The translations under genes were made by a program, and so were the position numbers. Positions 42,571 to 55,856 of a DNA stretch of 64,000 bases are shown in pieces. Within the stretch, counting starts at the first letter, position 1. Every line of letters begins with the position of its first letter. The stretch lies in contig NW_021833893.1 in NCBI RefSeq assembly GCF_006345805.1, positions 62,001 to 126,000 of the forward strand, written 5' to 3'. The notes beneath the pieces are model-generated. The model made no database searches. It was not told where the DNA came from and was given only the letters and a program-made list of their open reading frames with translations. The DNA comes from Octopus sinensis (lineage: Eukaryota).

Positions 42571-43883
42571 TGTGGGTGAGTTATAAAAGTTCACTGAATT
42601 GTAAAAGAATCAAATGTCTTCATCGAAGAGAGACCATTTAGAAATGTATTCGCCTAGGATGCAAAATTACGAATGAAAAATAGAAAGCTGTGTGGATAAG
42701 TTGATATAGGCAGAGACGAGGTAAGGCTAGTAAGAGATGATATGAATATTGCGTGAAGCGTATGAAGAGAAAGTAGTAAAATTTGAAGGATGAGTGGTAG
42801 AAACAAAAGTTTAAAGCATGCTGTATTTCAGATGAAATAGAAAAGAGATGGTGTTAACCGGGCAGAAGATAAAAAAATTGTTGTAAAGTGCTACAGCAAT
42901 GTTAAATATTTTACGAGAGAATGTGATGTTAGATTTTAAGTCCTTATTTGTCTGAGAAGCAGCTTGTCTGCATAAAAAGAAGTAGAATTACTCCAGGAGA
43001 TAATGAAAGCAACAGTTAAAATATTTAAAGACTAGATAGAAATGTAAATCTCAAGCGAATTGAAGATTTTCTCACATAAAGCTTATTTCTTGCTCTACAA
43101 TACATGTAAACCTCAACATTATACCAAACATAAATCGACATATATCTTTAGCCAAATTATGTTTGTCTTCATCATCATATCTTAGAAATAACTTCTCATT
43201 TTCAGATCCTTATTCAAAATACAACTTATACAATTACTATTTAATAGTTAAACTTTACTATTTTAGTCGGCATAGACTGCCACTTATCTCCTTAAATTCT
43301 AGAGCTTAATTAGTTATTAATTCACATGAGAATCGCAGTTTAGTCGTATCATTAGATTCATTTATTTTCTTTCTTGTACAGGTTCCAACCCATTTTCTCA
43401 TGAAAAATTATTGATGTTCATTATTCCAGCTGTCGCAAAATTTAATAAATACGACCGAAATATTTAACGGAGAGCCTTTTCTGATAATGAAACCAAATCT
43501 ATGTTTCGAGGAAAAAATAACGTTGCCTTCAGTGTAAAAAAAGGAAGAATGTTGAATCATCGTGAATTCAGATAACGGGTGCAGTTTGAATAGGATGTTT
43601 CATATAGCACAGACGAAATGACTGCATTCTTCAGGTTTAGATAAGGATTGTCTGTTTTGAATTGTTTATTGTTATTAACCGAACTTAATGAGATTTTTAT
43701 TTCAGAAAGATCTTACTCAAAGACTAAGTTATGAAATATAAAATAAATGTGATCTTACGCAAATTTTCTTTTGCTCTTTATGTTCATATCTGGTCTCCTT
43801 GCTTCAATAGTATGCCCTTTATGTAGAAACCTGGCTTTAGTAAGCTCTTAATCAGGCTTTGATTTTCTCAGTACGCAAACCAA

Positions 43884-44045
43884 AATTAGAATTCTTCTTC
43901 TTCTTCTTCTTCTTCTTCTTCTTCTTCTTCTTCTTCTTCTTCTTCTTCTTCTTCTTCTTCTTCTTCTTCTTCTTCTTCTTCTTCTTCTTCTTCTTCTTCT
44001 TCTTCTTCTTCTTCTTCTCCTCCTAATCATCATCATCATCATCAT
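43884..44045. repeat. Long (CTT)n then (ATC)n microsatellite
   Basis: Read directly. Confidence 0.95.
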
Positions 44046-44394
44046 TTTCGCGCGAGGATTCTATTTCACTAGCAAGTGCACAGCTGTGTTCTTGGGATTT
44101 ATGCAATATAGTGTTTTCAGAGCGAACAATCGTGTTATAGTGTAGGAGAGTAAGGCAGCGAGCTGGAAGAACATTTAATACTTCTTCCATCTCTTTGCAT
44201 TCTGAGTTCAAATCCCGCCGATGTCAACTTTGCTTTTCATCTCACCGGAGTCGATAAAAATAAAGTACAATAGTCGATGGCATTGATTAATCCCCTCCCA
44301 ACAAAATTGTTAGATCTATATCAGAAACTATTACAGTGTCAGTGACTGATTGGCATTATGTATGCACTGTGTTATATGGAATTTCTTTTGTGTA

Positions 44395-44680
44395 CTGACT
44401 CTCGAAGCAGTGCTACAACAACTGGAAATGTTGAGGGACATTTCGTCGTTCAAACTGGAACGATGGAGAGTTACGACTGCGCACACAGATGATGTCACCG
44501 TACTGGTGTCAGACACCACGGAAGTTGAGGTGCTCGCAACCATTGTAAAGGTGTATGAGGTGATGGCAAGAGCAAAAACTTACTTAGAAAAGCCGGTGGA
44601 TTTGAGGCAGATTTATAAGCTATTTGTAACGAGTCAGTGGACTACGCAGATGTTCTCGTGTTAGCTTGATCAAAAGATAA
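44395..44680 (+). mobile_element. Tx1/L1-clade RT fragment
   Basis: VLTLEAVLQQLE...VTTAHTDDVTVLVSD...YEVMARAKTYLEKP resembles LALEPLL...SAYADDVTV...YE..GAKIN.EKS. Confidence 0.7.
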
Positions 44681-45648
44681 GTTGACTGTATGGCTAATTT
44701 GTGGGCTGCAGAGTACGTGGGTAGAGTAGATTATTGTAAGTAGAGAAATAAATCAGAATACTAATGAAATGTAGTGGGCAGTATATAAGATAACGCGGGA
44801 TTTTGTACTCTAGCACGAAATAAAGTACGAAGGGAACCAAGTACCACCACTATAAAGCCATCACTACGACCATCATCACCACTACTCCCACCACCACTTA
44901 CACCACCATCAACGTCCCCACCACTACAACTACCGCCGCCGCCACCACCTCCACCACCTCCGCCACCTCCACCACCTCCGCCACCTTATCATCATCATCG
45001 TCGTCGTCACTGTCGTCGACATCGTTGTCATCATCGTCGTCGTCGTCGTCGTCATCGTCATCATCATCTTCATCATCATCATCATTATCATCATTACAAC
45101 TAACGATGGCAAGAACCACAGCAACACCATCAACTGCAGCAGCATCAGTAGTAGTCCACGCTATTGTTGGAAGGGGAGGAAAAGAAAGATGATGATGATA
45201 ACCAGGATGATGTTGATGACGATGATTGTGATGAACAAGAATAGGATGAAGAACAAGGAGGGGAGGCAGAAGCAAAACAAGAACAAACCAAACTTACGAA
45301 GGTAAAGGAGGCTTATACCATTCGTGAGTCATCTAACAATTGGCAGATGGTGTCATTTTATTCATTTATTTATTTTTGCTGGGATGGAGGTGAAATTTCA
45401 TTTTTTCCCTTTCCTGTGGCAATGTTTTGTTGTTTAAGAATGGGTGAAGAAACAACGGCTCTTGTTATAATAGACTAGAGACTAACTATTGTTTGAAGTG
45501 CTCGTATTAGAACACTGCAATATCTCTGCCAGTTGGTCTGTGTATTTGTTTATAATAGGTGTATGTATCTGAATGGTGTTGTGATAATCAATATGAATGT
45601 GTGCCTCTCTCACTCTCTCTCTCTCTGTGCAAGCGTATGTATATATAC

Positions 45649-45718
<70 letters not shown>

Positions 45719-45887
45719 ATATTGTTATATTTCGGAATTATTATCACTAGTATTGCTGTTATACATACATACAAGCATATGTAAAGATAATAATAAGTGG
45801 ATGTAAACACATGAACAAAATAAGAATAAACAAAAACAACAACAACAAAAACAAATTACATGATATTTGTTCTCAACTTGTTTGTTG

Positions 45888-45940
45888 TTAAAACAACGTT
45901 TCGGCTGATATGCCCTCCAGCCTTCATCAGGTGTCTTGGG
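45888..45940 (-). ncRNA. Hammerhead-like motif (PLE terminal-repeat type)
   Basis: AAGACAC-CUGAUGA-A-GGCUG[GAGGGCAUAU]CAGCC-GAAA-CG-UU-GUUUU. ACGU palindromic stem III, GUU triplet, imperfect stem I. Confidence 0.58.
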
Positions 45941-45990
45941 GAAATTTTGAATCTGGGTTCTCATTCCTAAGGTATTTTTCGATGTTGTTG

Positions 45991-46066
<76 letters not shown>

Positions 46067-46074
46067 CACTACGC

Positions 46075-47692
46075 CATATGCCCATGGGCTGGCCTCGATA
46101 AATGTTCAAAAGCTACCTTTATCAAAGGAAAAATGACAGAAACATCAAACATTAACTTTGACCAGCAGAATGTCATAAAAGAGTAAGAACCAGCGGAGAG
46201 CTGCAAATAACAAGGGTTACTTGAAGGGGACGGAATAAGGCATTCAGTGATGAGGGAAAGGATCAGAAGAGAATGTTATCGTAGGGTAAGAGTAATACTT
46301 AATTCAGAGCTGAATGCAAGAAACAGGATCGAAGCGATCAATGCTTTAGCCATACCAGTCGTGACTTACAGTTTCAATATCATTAACTGGTCAATTACTT
46401 AAATATGCAATCTTGACAGAAAAATACAAAAACCGTTGACAATGCATAGAATGCACCACCCTAAGGCAGATATAGAACGACGTTATCTGCCAAGAAAAGA
46501 GGGAGGCCGTGGACTTTTACAACTGGCATTAACAATGAAGATTGCTACAATTGACCTCGACACCTACCTGAAAAGCTCTGCGGACTGGATGTTAAAACTT
46601 GTTTCAAAACTCATTAACAAAACAGGCAAAGGAATATGTAAGTGAATTCCAAATACAACAAATTCCAGAAATAGACATACTAGAAACAAGCTCAGAAAAG
46701 CGCATGAAATCCCATGCTAAAACTGCTGCCTTAGACATTCTGAATGATAAATGGCAACCTCTCTATGGCAAATACCCAAAGTGAGCGAATAATGCAGATG
46801 TTGACAAAGCCCTGACCCATCAATGGCTAATGGCATCTGGCTTAAAATCTGAAACAGAAGGGTTTATCATAGCAGCCCAAGATCAATGCCTACCTAAAAG
46901 GACCAATATATTAAAAAATGGCAGCTTCCTAACATGTGGTGTATGTCAACAACAAAATGAAACCATTGATAATGTTGTCTCCACGTGCAGTCTTCTTGCG
47001 CCTACAGAGTATCTCAACGGGCATGGTAGAGCTGCACAATATATTCACTGGATAATTTGCAAAAATCTGGACTTGCCCATGATAAAAACTAGTGGGAACA
47101 CAAACCACCTTCAGTGCTTGAAATTGATCACATCTCACTCCTCTGGAACTTCACCATTAAAATTGAGAGAAAGATAGATGCAAATATGCCAGACATCATA
47201 TTGAAAGACTTTAGACAAAAATCATGCCTCCTCATTGAGATGACTGTCTCAATCGATATAAACGTATCTGTCAAGACCTACCAAAAACTGAGCAAGTATA
47301 AAGATCTTGAAATAGAAATTGGCAAAATGTGGAACCTGAAGACTAAAACAATACCTGTTGTCATAGGTGCCCTTGGAATGATAGCAAAAGGGGCTGATTG
47401 CTACCTAGCTCAGATACCAGGAAACCCCAAAATAGCAGAAATTCAAAAGATAGTTGGAACTGCCCATATCCTACGTAAAATACTGGCTATGTAATCTCAA
47501 ATTTTAAAACAAACACATAATGATCTTTTGGTTAATGATCGTAAACATTCTCTAGAACATCACTATGTACAGAACCAAATATATGGCACTCTAGGCATTA
47601 CACCAACATGAATTTCTAACTTGTTTTCTCTTGAGGTCTCTGGGTGAGACTTGGAGCCAAATTGTACAAATGTAAAGCAAATGTCAAACATA
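46075..47692 (+). mobile_element. 5'-truncated R4/Dong-like RLE retrotransposon ending in (TAA)n
   Basis: GLDKCSKA, AIPVVTYSFNIINW, HPKADIERRYLPRKEGGRGL, LKSETEGFIIAAQDQCL, CGVCQQQNETIDNVVSTC, PDIILKD...IEMT...KLSKYKDLEIEI...IPVVIGALG; 3' UTR then (AAT)n. Confidence 0.92.
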
Positions 47693-47693
47693 A

Positions 47694-47758
<65 letters not shown>

Positions 47759-47780
47759 TAATATTAATGATAATAATAAT

Positions 47781-48155
47781 GTATTTAGGAATGGTCATTT
47801 TGCCAGTTTAGCCAATAAAAACACACGCACTATATATTTGGTGCTACTTTGCTTCAGTGTTATTTATTTTTTACATTAATCTTAATCTTATTTCGGCCAG
47901 AGTTCTTTCGTCACACTCCTGTGACCGCATCAGTGGTCCTTTGATTTCTTCTTTCTTATTTGTGTGTCTCTCCTTACTAACCGTCAGCCATTTTGTATTT
48001 CTATTGTATGTGTCTTCATTTGCGCATGCGTATACCTCTATGTGCGTCTATGTTTAGTTACTGTGTGTGTGGGGGGGATGTCTGTAATATTTGTATCTTT
48101 TGTTTATATACGTTCGTGTAATTTGTTTTTGTTTTGCTCATGTGTTTACACCCAC

Positions 48156-48216
<61 letters not shown>

Positions 48217-51200
48217 CATTATTATTATGTATGTATGTATGTATGACAACAATAATAGTAATAATAATAAAAATATTTAAAAAAATAAAAAATAAAAAAA
48301 TAATTAAAAATTAAAATGTATATAGTTATCTACTTCCATTTGTTTATTTATCTGTATATTTTATTTTATTATGTTTTCAGTTTTGTTTATAAGGTAACCA
48401 GTTTATGGGGATCGTCTTCTGCCATATGTTGTAGTGTGTGCTAGTGTTCCTATTCAGATACAATAAACGGAATTATTATGGCAGATATCCCACTACCAGC
48501 AGAATTCAACAAGGACAATGAAGCGAAGATCTATGGGGGAATAACATCCGTCCAAGACGAAATATCGATACTTCAACTACCACCAAAATATGCGATATAT
48601 AATAAGGTGAATACCATCCAATGCCTGTCTGAGAATGAAAAGTCGTTCACAAAAATACGTTGGAATTTAAATAGGTACAACGACAACAACACGAGTGACA
48701 ACAATACGAACAACAATAACAACACAGACGACAACAACAATCACAACAACAACAACACGAACAACAATAACCGCAGCAACAACAACACAAACAATAATGA
48801 CCGCAGCAACAAAAACAACACGAACAACTACAACCCCAACAGCGGCAACAACAACAGCAACAGCAAAAATGAATGCATGAACACAAGTGTAAGAAGTAAG
48901 ATCACATGCGGTCGTATCATGCCGGGAATACGGTCGCATGCGGCTCTACTCTTAACGAAATCATTACAAGCCATAAAATACTTACAACGACAATAGGACA
49001 TAAGTGAATTGACACAAGTCTTCTGTTGGTAGATAAATATTATTTATTTACATATTTTACAATCATGCTGATGTTGGGAGTTTGTAAGTGTTAGCATGTT
49101 TTTGTGTCTGTGTGTTCGTGAGGCATAAAAGGTACTGACCATAGGATTAACCACGGAACTCGGTTTACAGTTCATGTTGTTTGTATCAGTATAGCACAAG
49201 CAGTAGCAGAAACAATCGCCTATCTCTAAGTTGAGCAGCAAGCAGAAACAATCGCATATCTCTAAGTTGAGCAGTAGGTGGTCTAAGTTAGTTCTTAGAA
49301 GAACTAGAACTCAAGACAAAAATGCCTGTGAAAACTGGTTTTTATACTATTTGGTTGGCTCACCGAACTCCAAAAAATGGAATTTTAACCGAAGGTCTTG
49401 ATTGGTTGATTCGCGATTGACGCTAAAAGTCGAGACAATTCGCGTCACGTGTCAACCAGTGGCGCGGACTACGCAGGGACCCTCGTGTCACATGTCCACC
49501 AGTGGCGCGAACTACGCAGGGAACCTCGTGTCACACGTCAACCAATCAAGTTAGTGTTTAGAAAAAGAACAAGTTGGCCAAAGATGGTTGTAAGCTCAAA
49601 CGAGATTATTTCTGCTTTGCCGTTCACACAGTGAAGATATTAGATATCGCTATAGTCATATAACAAAGTGGCTGAAACTGCCACGCTACACAAGCAACAG
49701 ATACAAATGCAAAAACATAAACAGAGAAAAAATCGTATACAACAGCAACAACAACAACAATTATAGGGGGAATGGACACACAAACTCACACACAGATAAC
49801 CATAGTCACAAGGACACGAATAAAAGTTGTGTCATGGGGGTCACGATGGAGATTGAAGTTGAATGCAACAGAATTCTTGGACAGGGAGTCAGTAGACTTG
49901 AAACAGAAAACACTACTCGTAAGAACAAAAATAACTACCACAACAGAGGGAATGGCAGGGACCAACAGACAGACATAAGAACCAACACTAATATGAACAA
50001 CACATACACCAGAAACAGGAACAATGAGAATATCACTAGCGATAATCAGAATGATAGCAATAATGGCAGTGGTAGGAATAACAGTAATAGCAATAATGGT
50101 GGTAGTAGTAGTAGTGGTGGTGGTGGTAGTGTTGGTGGAAGTGGTGGTGGTAATAGTGGTGGTGGTAACAGTAGAAGTAGTAATGATGGTAGTAGTGATA
50201 GTTATGGTGGTGATAGTAATAATAGTAGTAGTGGTGGTAATGATAGTGGTAATGGTGGCAGTAGTGGTGATAATAGTAGTGGGATTGATGATGGGAACAG
50301 TAACGACAGAAATAGTAGTAACAGTAATGAAGAAAATAACCCTAAAAGGGCCATTAACATGTATACCCACCCCTTTGACACTCAATTTTTCAACATATGT
50401 GACAATTCTTACAACACGAGCCGGATTTACCCGACAACATTTATTTCAACAAAAGGGCCTACATCCCAAGACATACTAATGATGATATGGAAGCACAGTT
50501 TACTATAGCTAGGACCAGACTTAGCTTTTAGAACTATACACTAAGAGACAGAGACAGAATAAGACAGAGGCCCAACAACTCGGGATTAAACCCGCATGTG
50601 GCCTACGTAAGCTCATTCAGCGCACGAGGAACAGAGAAGTGGTATGCCTTCCCACAGATAAGTCCGGCAGAATGTCAATAGACAGCTTACTGAACTACAT
50701 TCAGGCAATGCAACCTCATGTCGCCAATAGGAAAATAACAACTTTACAGGCGCATGAGGAGAGAGAAAAGGTCCTCAACGCCCACATGATGATGTGGACA
50801 ATTGTTCTGGGACCCCAGAAACGCACAGCTAACAATTTCCAAGCCTGGAACAACGATATCCTGGCACTGTATGGACTTCGCAAGGACCATAAAGTAACCA
50901 CTGACCCTATAGCAGAACCACCAACAAGAACAGTTTGTGGAGCGAATATCGCTAGCAACTACAGAATCTCCTACTTCCTCTCAATGATCACACGCCCTAT
51001 AATCCGGATGTCACCTGATGTTTGTGACAGCACAGAAGATCTCCTCAGCAGGATCAATGACTGTAACAACACTTGCGACCTGACAGGATGTATGGTGGGC
51101 AGCATGGATGTGGTACCCCTATACCCATCGATCGACGTGGATTTTGCGGTGGAGAAGTGCGTGGAGATGATCAAGGAGAGCGAGGTGGAGTTCCGCAATG

Positions 51201-52939
51201 TCAATACAGAGGAACTGGGCTCTTACTTAGACTGACATATGACAACGAATACCTAGATAAACATGATCTTAGTAGTTTCTGCCCCAGTATATATTTAAGA
51301 GGTAGACCACCCACAATTACTTCTATGGCTAAGAAGACCCATATAGAGAGATAGAGCGGATGGACCAGAGTCATACGGACCCTCGCAAATGTCCATCAGG
51401 TAAAAAATAATGATCGCACATGAACTAGGAGCTAGTATAAGAGTTACCCTAAAAGGCCACACGTTTAAGTTTAACAATAAAATATATGCTCAGGACGAGG
51501 GGGCAGCCATTGGCGTTAGTATCGCCGGTGATGTGGCCAACCTTTTCATCGTATGGTGGGACAGAAGGCTTAAAGAACGCCTAACACAGAACTCCATACT
51601 CGTGAACATGTACTCTCGCTATGTTGATGATATCATAGTGGTAAAGGCACCCCCACAAGAGAGTACTGTTGAAATAGAAATAGAAACTAATACTATGGAG
51701 AGCATCCAGCAAATAGCTAACTTCATCCACCAGAGTATTAATGTCACAATAGACTACCCTACTAAACACCCTAACCATAGACTACCAGTACTAGACACAG
51801 AACTCTGGCTAGAAACTGAGTATAATAAAACCCGAATCCTTCATTCGTACTATGCCAAACCTATGGCCTCCAAATACTTGATCCACTGGAACTTAGCTAT
51901 CGCGGACAATGCCAAATTCAATATTTTGATGGCAGACCTCGTCAGAATAATACGAAATGTGTCCCGCATGTGCGAGCCTACAGAGTTAAAGAGACGCATA
52001 CAACATTTCGTTCACCGCATGCAGTTCTCAGGTTACAGCCATAAAGAAAGTATCAGAGTATACAGAGGAGCCATGAAGAAATTTGATACTATCTTATGTA
52101 ATGATAGGAATGGGATTTGCTTGGAGCAAGTCATGGAACACTATGGAAAGGACAAAGAAGAAAATAGGGAAGGCCAACTCTTGGTATGATAGCCACAAAT
52201 ACCAGAGTGTCATGTTCGTCGACACCACCCCTAGAGGTGAACTGGCGTACCGCTTTAGAAGGACCCTAGACAAACTTAAGCTAAGGATTAAAGTTGTTGA
52301 AAAGCCAGGCAACCCTATCAAATCCATAATCGGTAGAACCTACCCTTTTAGTAGAACCCCCTGTACGGATAGGTACTGTACTGTGTGTAGATTTAGCCCA
52401 CAAACAAACTGTAAAGCCAGAAATGTAGTCTATAGTATAAGATGTATAGAGGGACGATACAGTAACAAGAGAACGACACACGTAGGGGAAACGGCATGAA
52501 GCATAGGAGAGCGGGTAAATGAAACATTGGAGAGAACTTAAGGAAGGAAAGAGCTCATCGGTTCTGAACCAACACGCCGAGCAGAAACACGGGGGATCAA
52601 TCAACAACATAGAAGTTAAAATCTTGTCCAGACATAGAACAGACGCAACAATCAAACAAATTACGGAAGCTACACACATAATAGAAGATAAACCTAGCCT
52701 GAACAGGAAACTGGAATGGAACACTAGCACACACCACAATATATGACAGAAGTGGATTCCCATAAACTGATTACAATATAAACAAAACTGAAAACATAAC
52801 AAAATAAAATACACAGATAAATAAACAAATGGAAGTAAATAACTATATACAATTAAAAAAAAATTTTAATTTTTTAATTTTTTAAATATTTTAATTATTA
52901 TTACTATTATTGTTGTTATACATACATGCATACATAATA

Positions 52940-53021
<82 letters not shown>

Positions 53022-53409
53022 GTGGGTGTAAACACATGAGCAAAATAAGAATAAATAAAAACAAAAACAAATTACACGAACGTATATAAACAGAAGATAC
53101 AAATATTACAGACATCCCCCCCACACACAGTAACTAAACATAGACGCACATAGAGGTATACGCATGCGCAAATGTGACACATACAATAGAAATACAAAAT
53201 GGCTGACGGTTAGTAAGGAGAGACACACAAATAAGAAAGAAGAAAGCAAAGGACCACTGATGTGTTCACAGGAGTGTGACGAAAGAACTCTGGCCGAAAT
53301 AAGATTAAGATTAATGTAAAAAATAAATAACACTGAAGCAAAGTAACAGCAAATATATAGTGCGTGTGTTTTTATTGGCTAAACTTGCAAAATGACCATT
53401 CCTAAATAC
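47781..53409 (+). mobile_element. Near full-length Penelope-like element with inverted pseudo-LTRs
   Basis: Arms 47781-48450 and 52718-53409 are inverted copies that include the ORF end (WNTSTH). Broken ORF: ILQLPPKYAIY..EKSFTKIRW, PTDKSGRM, VGSMDVVPLYPSID, YAQDEGAAIG, YSRYVDDI, LPVLDTELW, YYAKPMAS, then GIY-YIG NCKARNVVYSIRC...HVGET. Confidence 0.92.
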
Positions 53410-53471
53410 AACAATATCTGTTTCAACACACGATTTCACATAAAAAGATCTTGAACAACAAATATATAAAC

Positions 53472-53523
<52 letters not shown>

Positions 53524-53588
53524 CAACAACAATGATGATGATGATGATGATGATGATGATCATGATGATCATGATGATGATCATGATC

Positions 53589-53642
<54 letters not shown>

Positions 53643-53729
53643 GCCCTGAGGCAGTACCAGGCAGTGGCAATCGTGGCTTCTGATCTTAACTGATTGGAAG
53701 TGTTGTATGCTTTCCTCACCAACCATCTT

Positions 53730-53960
53730 TTCATTTTTTTCATTCGATTATCATTTGTGTCTTTGTCCAGCCCACAGCTACATCTTTGTAAGGCTGTATG
53801 GCCAATTTATGAAATAAAGTAGCTTGCTTACCAACCACATGGTTCCGTGTTCAGCCCCACTGCGTGGCACCTTGGGCAAGTGTCTTCTACTATAGCCTCG
53901 GACCGATCAAAACCTTGTGAGTGGGCTTGGTAGACGGAAACTGAAAGAAGCCCGTCGTAT
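53730..53960 (+). mobile_element. 3' end of a Tx1-like element joined to a SINE family B body
   Basis: TGTCCAGCCCACAGCT...GGCCAATTTATGAAATA|AAGTAGCTTGCTTACCAACCACATGG, junction at 53816/53817. Confidence 0.78.
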
Positions 53961-53980
53961 ATATATGTGTGTATATATAT

Positions 53981-54012
<32 letters not shown>

Positions 54013-54025
54013 ATAGAAATATTAA

Positions 54026-54425
54026 AAGCTAGCTATTTGACACACAATCTGCGTCCATTATAAACCTTCGAACAGGGGAGGTCAGCCGCTTCATCCTGCC
54101 AGTCAGACAGCTGCAGATATGTTTGAGGGTATTTGCCCTTTATCAGTGCAGCATAGTCAGACCCAGCAGGTGTCGCTACTGACTGTCCCTATTCGAAGAA
54201 TCTATTTACCTAGTTTCAGTGGAATACAACCACTTGTTTTCAATAATAGAAATATTAAAATTACTAAGTCTCTCTAAAGGAGATTACGGCAGCGTTACTG
54301 GAAATTAATAAAGGCCAAATACCCTGAAACATGTCTGCGGCCGTCTGACTGGCAGGATGAAGTGGCTGACCTTCCCTGTTCGAAGGTTTATAATGGACGC
54401 AGATTGTGTGTCAAATAGCTAGCTT
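54026..54425. mobile_element. Foldback element with ~117-bp arms carrying decayed hammerheads
   Basis: Arms 54026-54142 and 54309-54425 are about 93% identical. Left (minus): GCUGCA-CUGAUAA-AGGG[CAAAUA]CCCU-CAAA-CAUAUC-UGCAGC. Right (plus): ...CCCU-GAAA-CAUGUC-UGCGGC. Confidence 0.78.
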
Positions 54426-54510
54426 GAGACGGTGGCCTCTTGGAGCTAATCAGCGACAGCTTTAGTCTTATATTTATAAGACTGCCATATAAGTATGGCG
54501 ATAAATATTA

Positions 54511-54555
<45 letters not shown>

Positions 54556-54574
54556 ATATATATTATATATATAT

Positions 54575-55596
54575 ATAACAACAAATTGATAAATAAAACA
54601 TATGCATATATTCATACATATATGTACGTACCTATATCTACATGTATATATACATGCATATATGGGTACAGGAAACAAAAAAAAAACGTCGAACACAATG
54701 AGAAACGAAAACATAAACACAAAACCAAGGAAATGGACATTTTTCTTAAACAACGAAAAAATAGAGTACAGGACCTACAACACAAGGAAAAATACCCCTT
54801 CTTCAGTCACCTCTGTTTCATCTACTCCGCGTTTCGAAGGTAAAGGCGAGACTCGACTCCGTTGAAACATTCCTTCCCGCAAAAGGCAAATTAAATAAAA
54901 TTTGAGATTTTTTTTCGGAGGGGTAAAAATGGTAACAAAAACAGGACAGTAAAGACAGTACAAAATATAAACAGTAAAAGACAGGACAATGAGAATAACA
55001 GTAACACAGACATTGAGGGCTGTTAAGCCAAACGATAGAAAATATTACGAACGCTTTTTGAGAACGGCGAGGGAGAGACACAGGAAAGCCGTCTACACTC
55101 GAAGGAAGCGAGGTCAGAAAGACAGTAGTTTTCTCGTCGCTGGTCAACGACGGGACAGAGGAGGAGTAAGAGAAAGGAAGAGAAAAAAAGGGAATGGTTG
55201 TAGAGAAAACCAGAAAGAATGAAGAATGAGAGAGAGAGGGAGAGACAGTAAGGTAGAAGAAAAGGAAACCAGAAAGAATGAAGGTTGAGAAAGGGAGGGG
55301 GACAGAAAGGTTAAGGGTGCGCATCATTATTAATATTAAGAACAAACTTACTTAGAAATGGATGCGTGTGTTCCGTCATATAATAACAAATTAATAAATA
55401 AAACATGCATACATACATACATATATGTACGTACCTACATCTACATGTATATATACATGCATATATGGGTACAGGACACCAAAAAAACGTCGAACACAAT
55501 GAGAAACGAAAACAAAAACACTAAACCAAGGAAATGAACATTTTCCTTAAACAACGAAAAAATAGAGCACAGGACATACAAAGCAAGGAAAAATCC

Positions 55597-55605
<9 letters not shown>
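54575..55605 (-). mobile_element. Probable PLE 3' remnant between about 220-bp direct repeats
   Basis: About 54575-54800 repeats at about 55385-55605; the spacer is purine-skewed, like the 3' end of the 16.4-18.0 kb PLE. Confidence 0.55.
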
Positions 55606-55632
<27 letters not shown>

Positions 55633-55752
55633 CAATTTAGGAGTGACCCTTAACAGGCCATTCGTCCACCAGAAAGAGCAGCCATAACTCACACCGCCAA
55701 GTAGTAGTAATTCAGAAATTAGGTGAAAATTTAAAAACATTTACCCTAATTC

Positions 55753-55856
55753 ATCTTTTAGACGATGCATCGTTTCTGTGTTATTAATGATTAAATTAGC
55801 TTAATTAAATTAAATTAAGCTAATCTACCATAGGTCACACTTCATCAGTAAAAAAC
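55753..55856 (-). ncRNA. Type I hammerhead ribozyme, copy 1
   Basis: GUUUUUUA-CUGAUGA-A-GUGU[loop containing a 12-bp hairpin]ACAC-A-GAAA-CGA[UGCA]UCG-UC-UAAAAGAU; GUC triplet at 55763-55761. Confidence 0.75.

Noticed and set aside
44860-45280. Acidic poly-D protein exon
   Set aside because: Mixed trinucleotide low-complexity tract with no splice or homology support.
54795-54845. Permuted hammerhead (GAAACGCG...CUGAAGA, minus)
   Set aside because: No convincing stem I or stem II.
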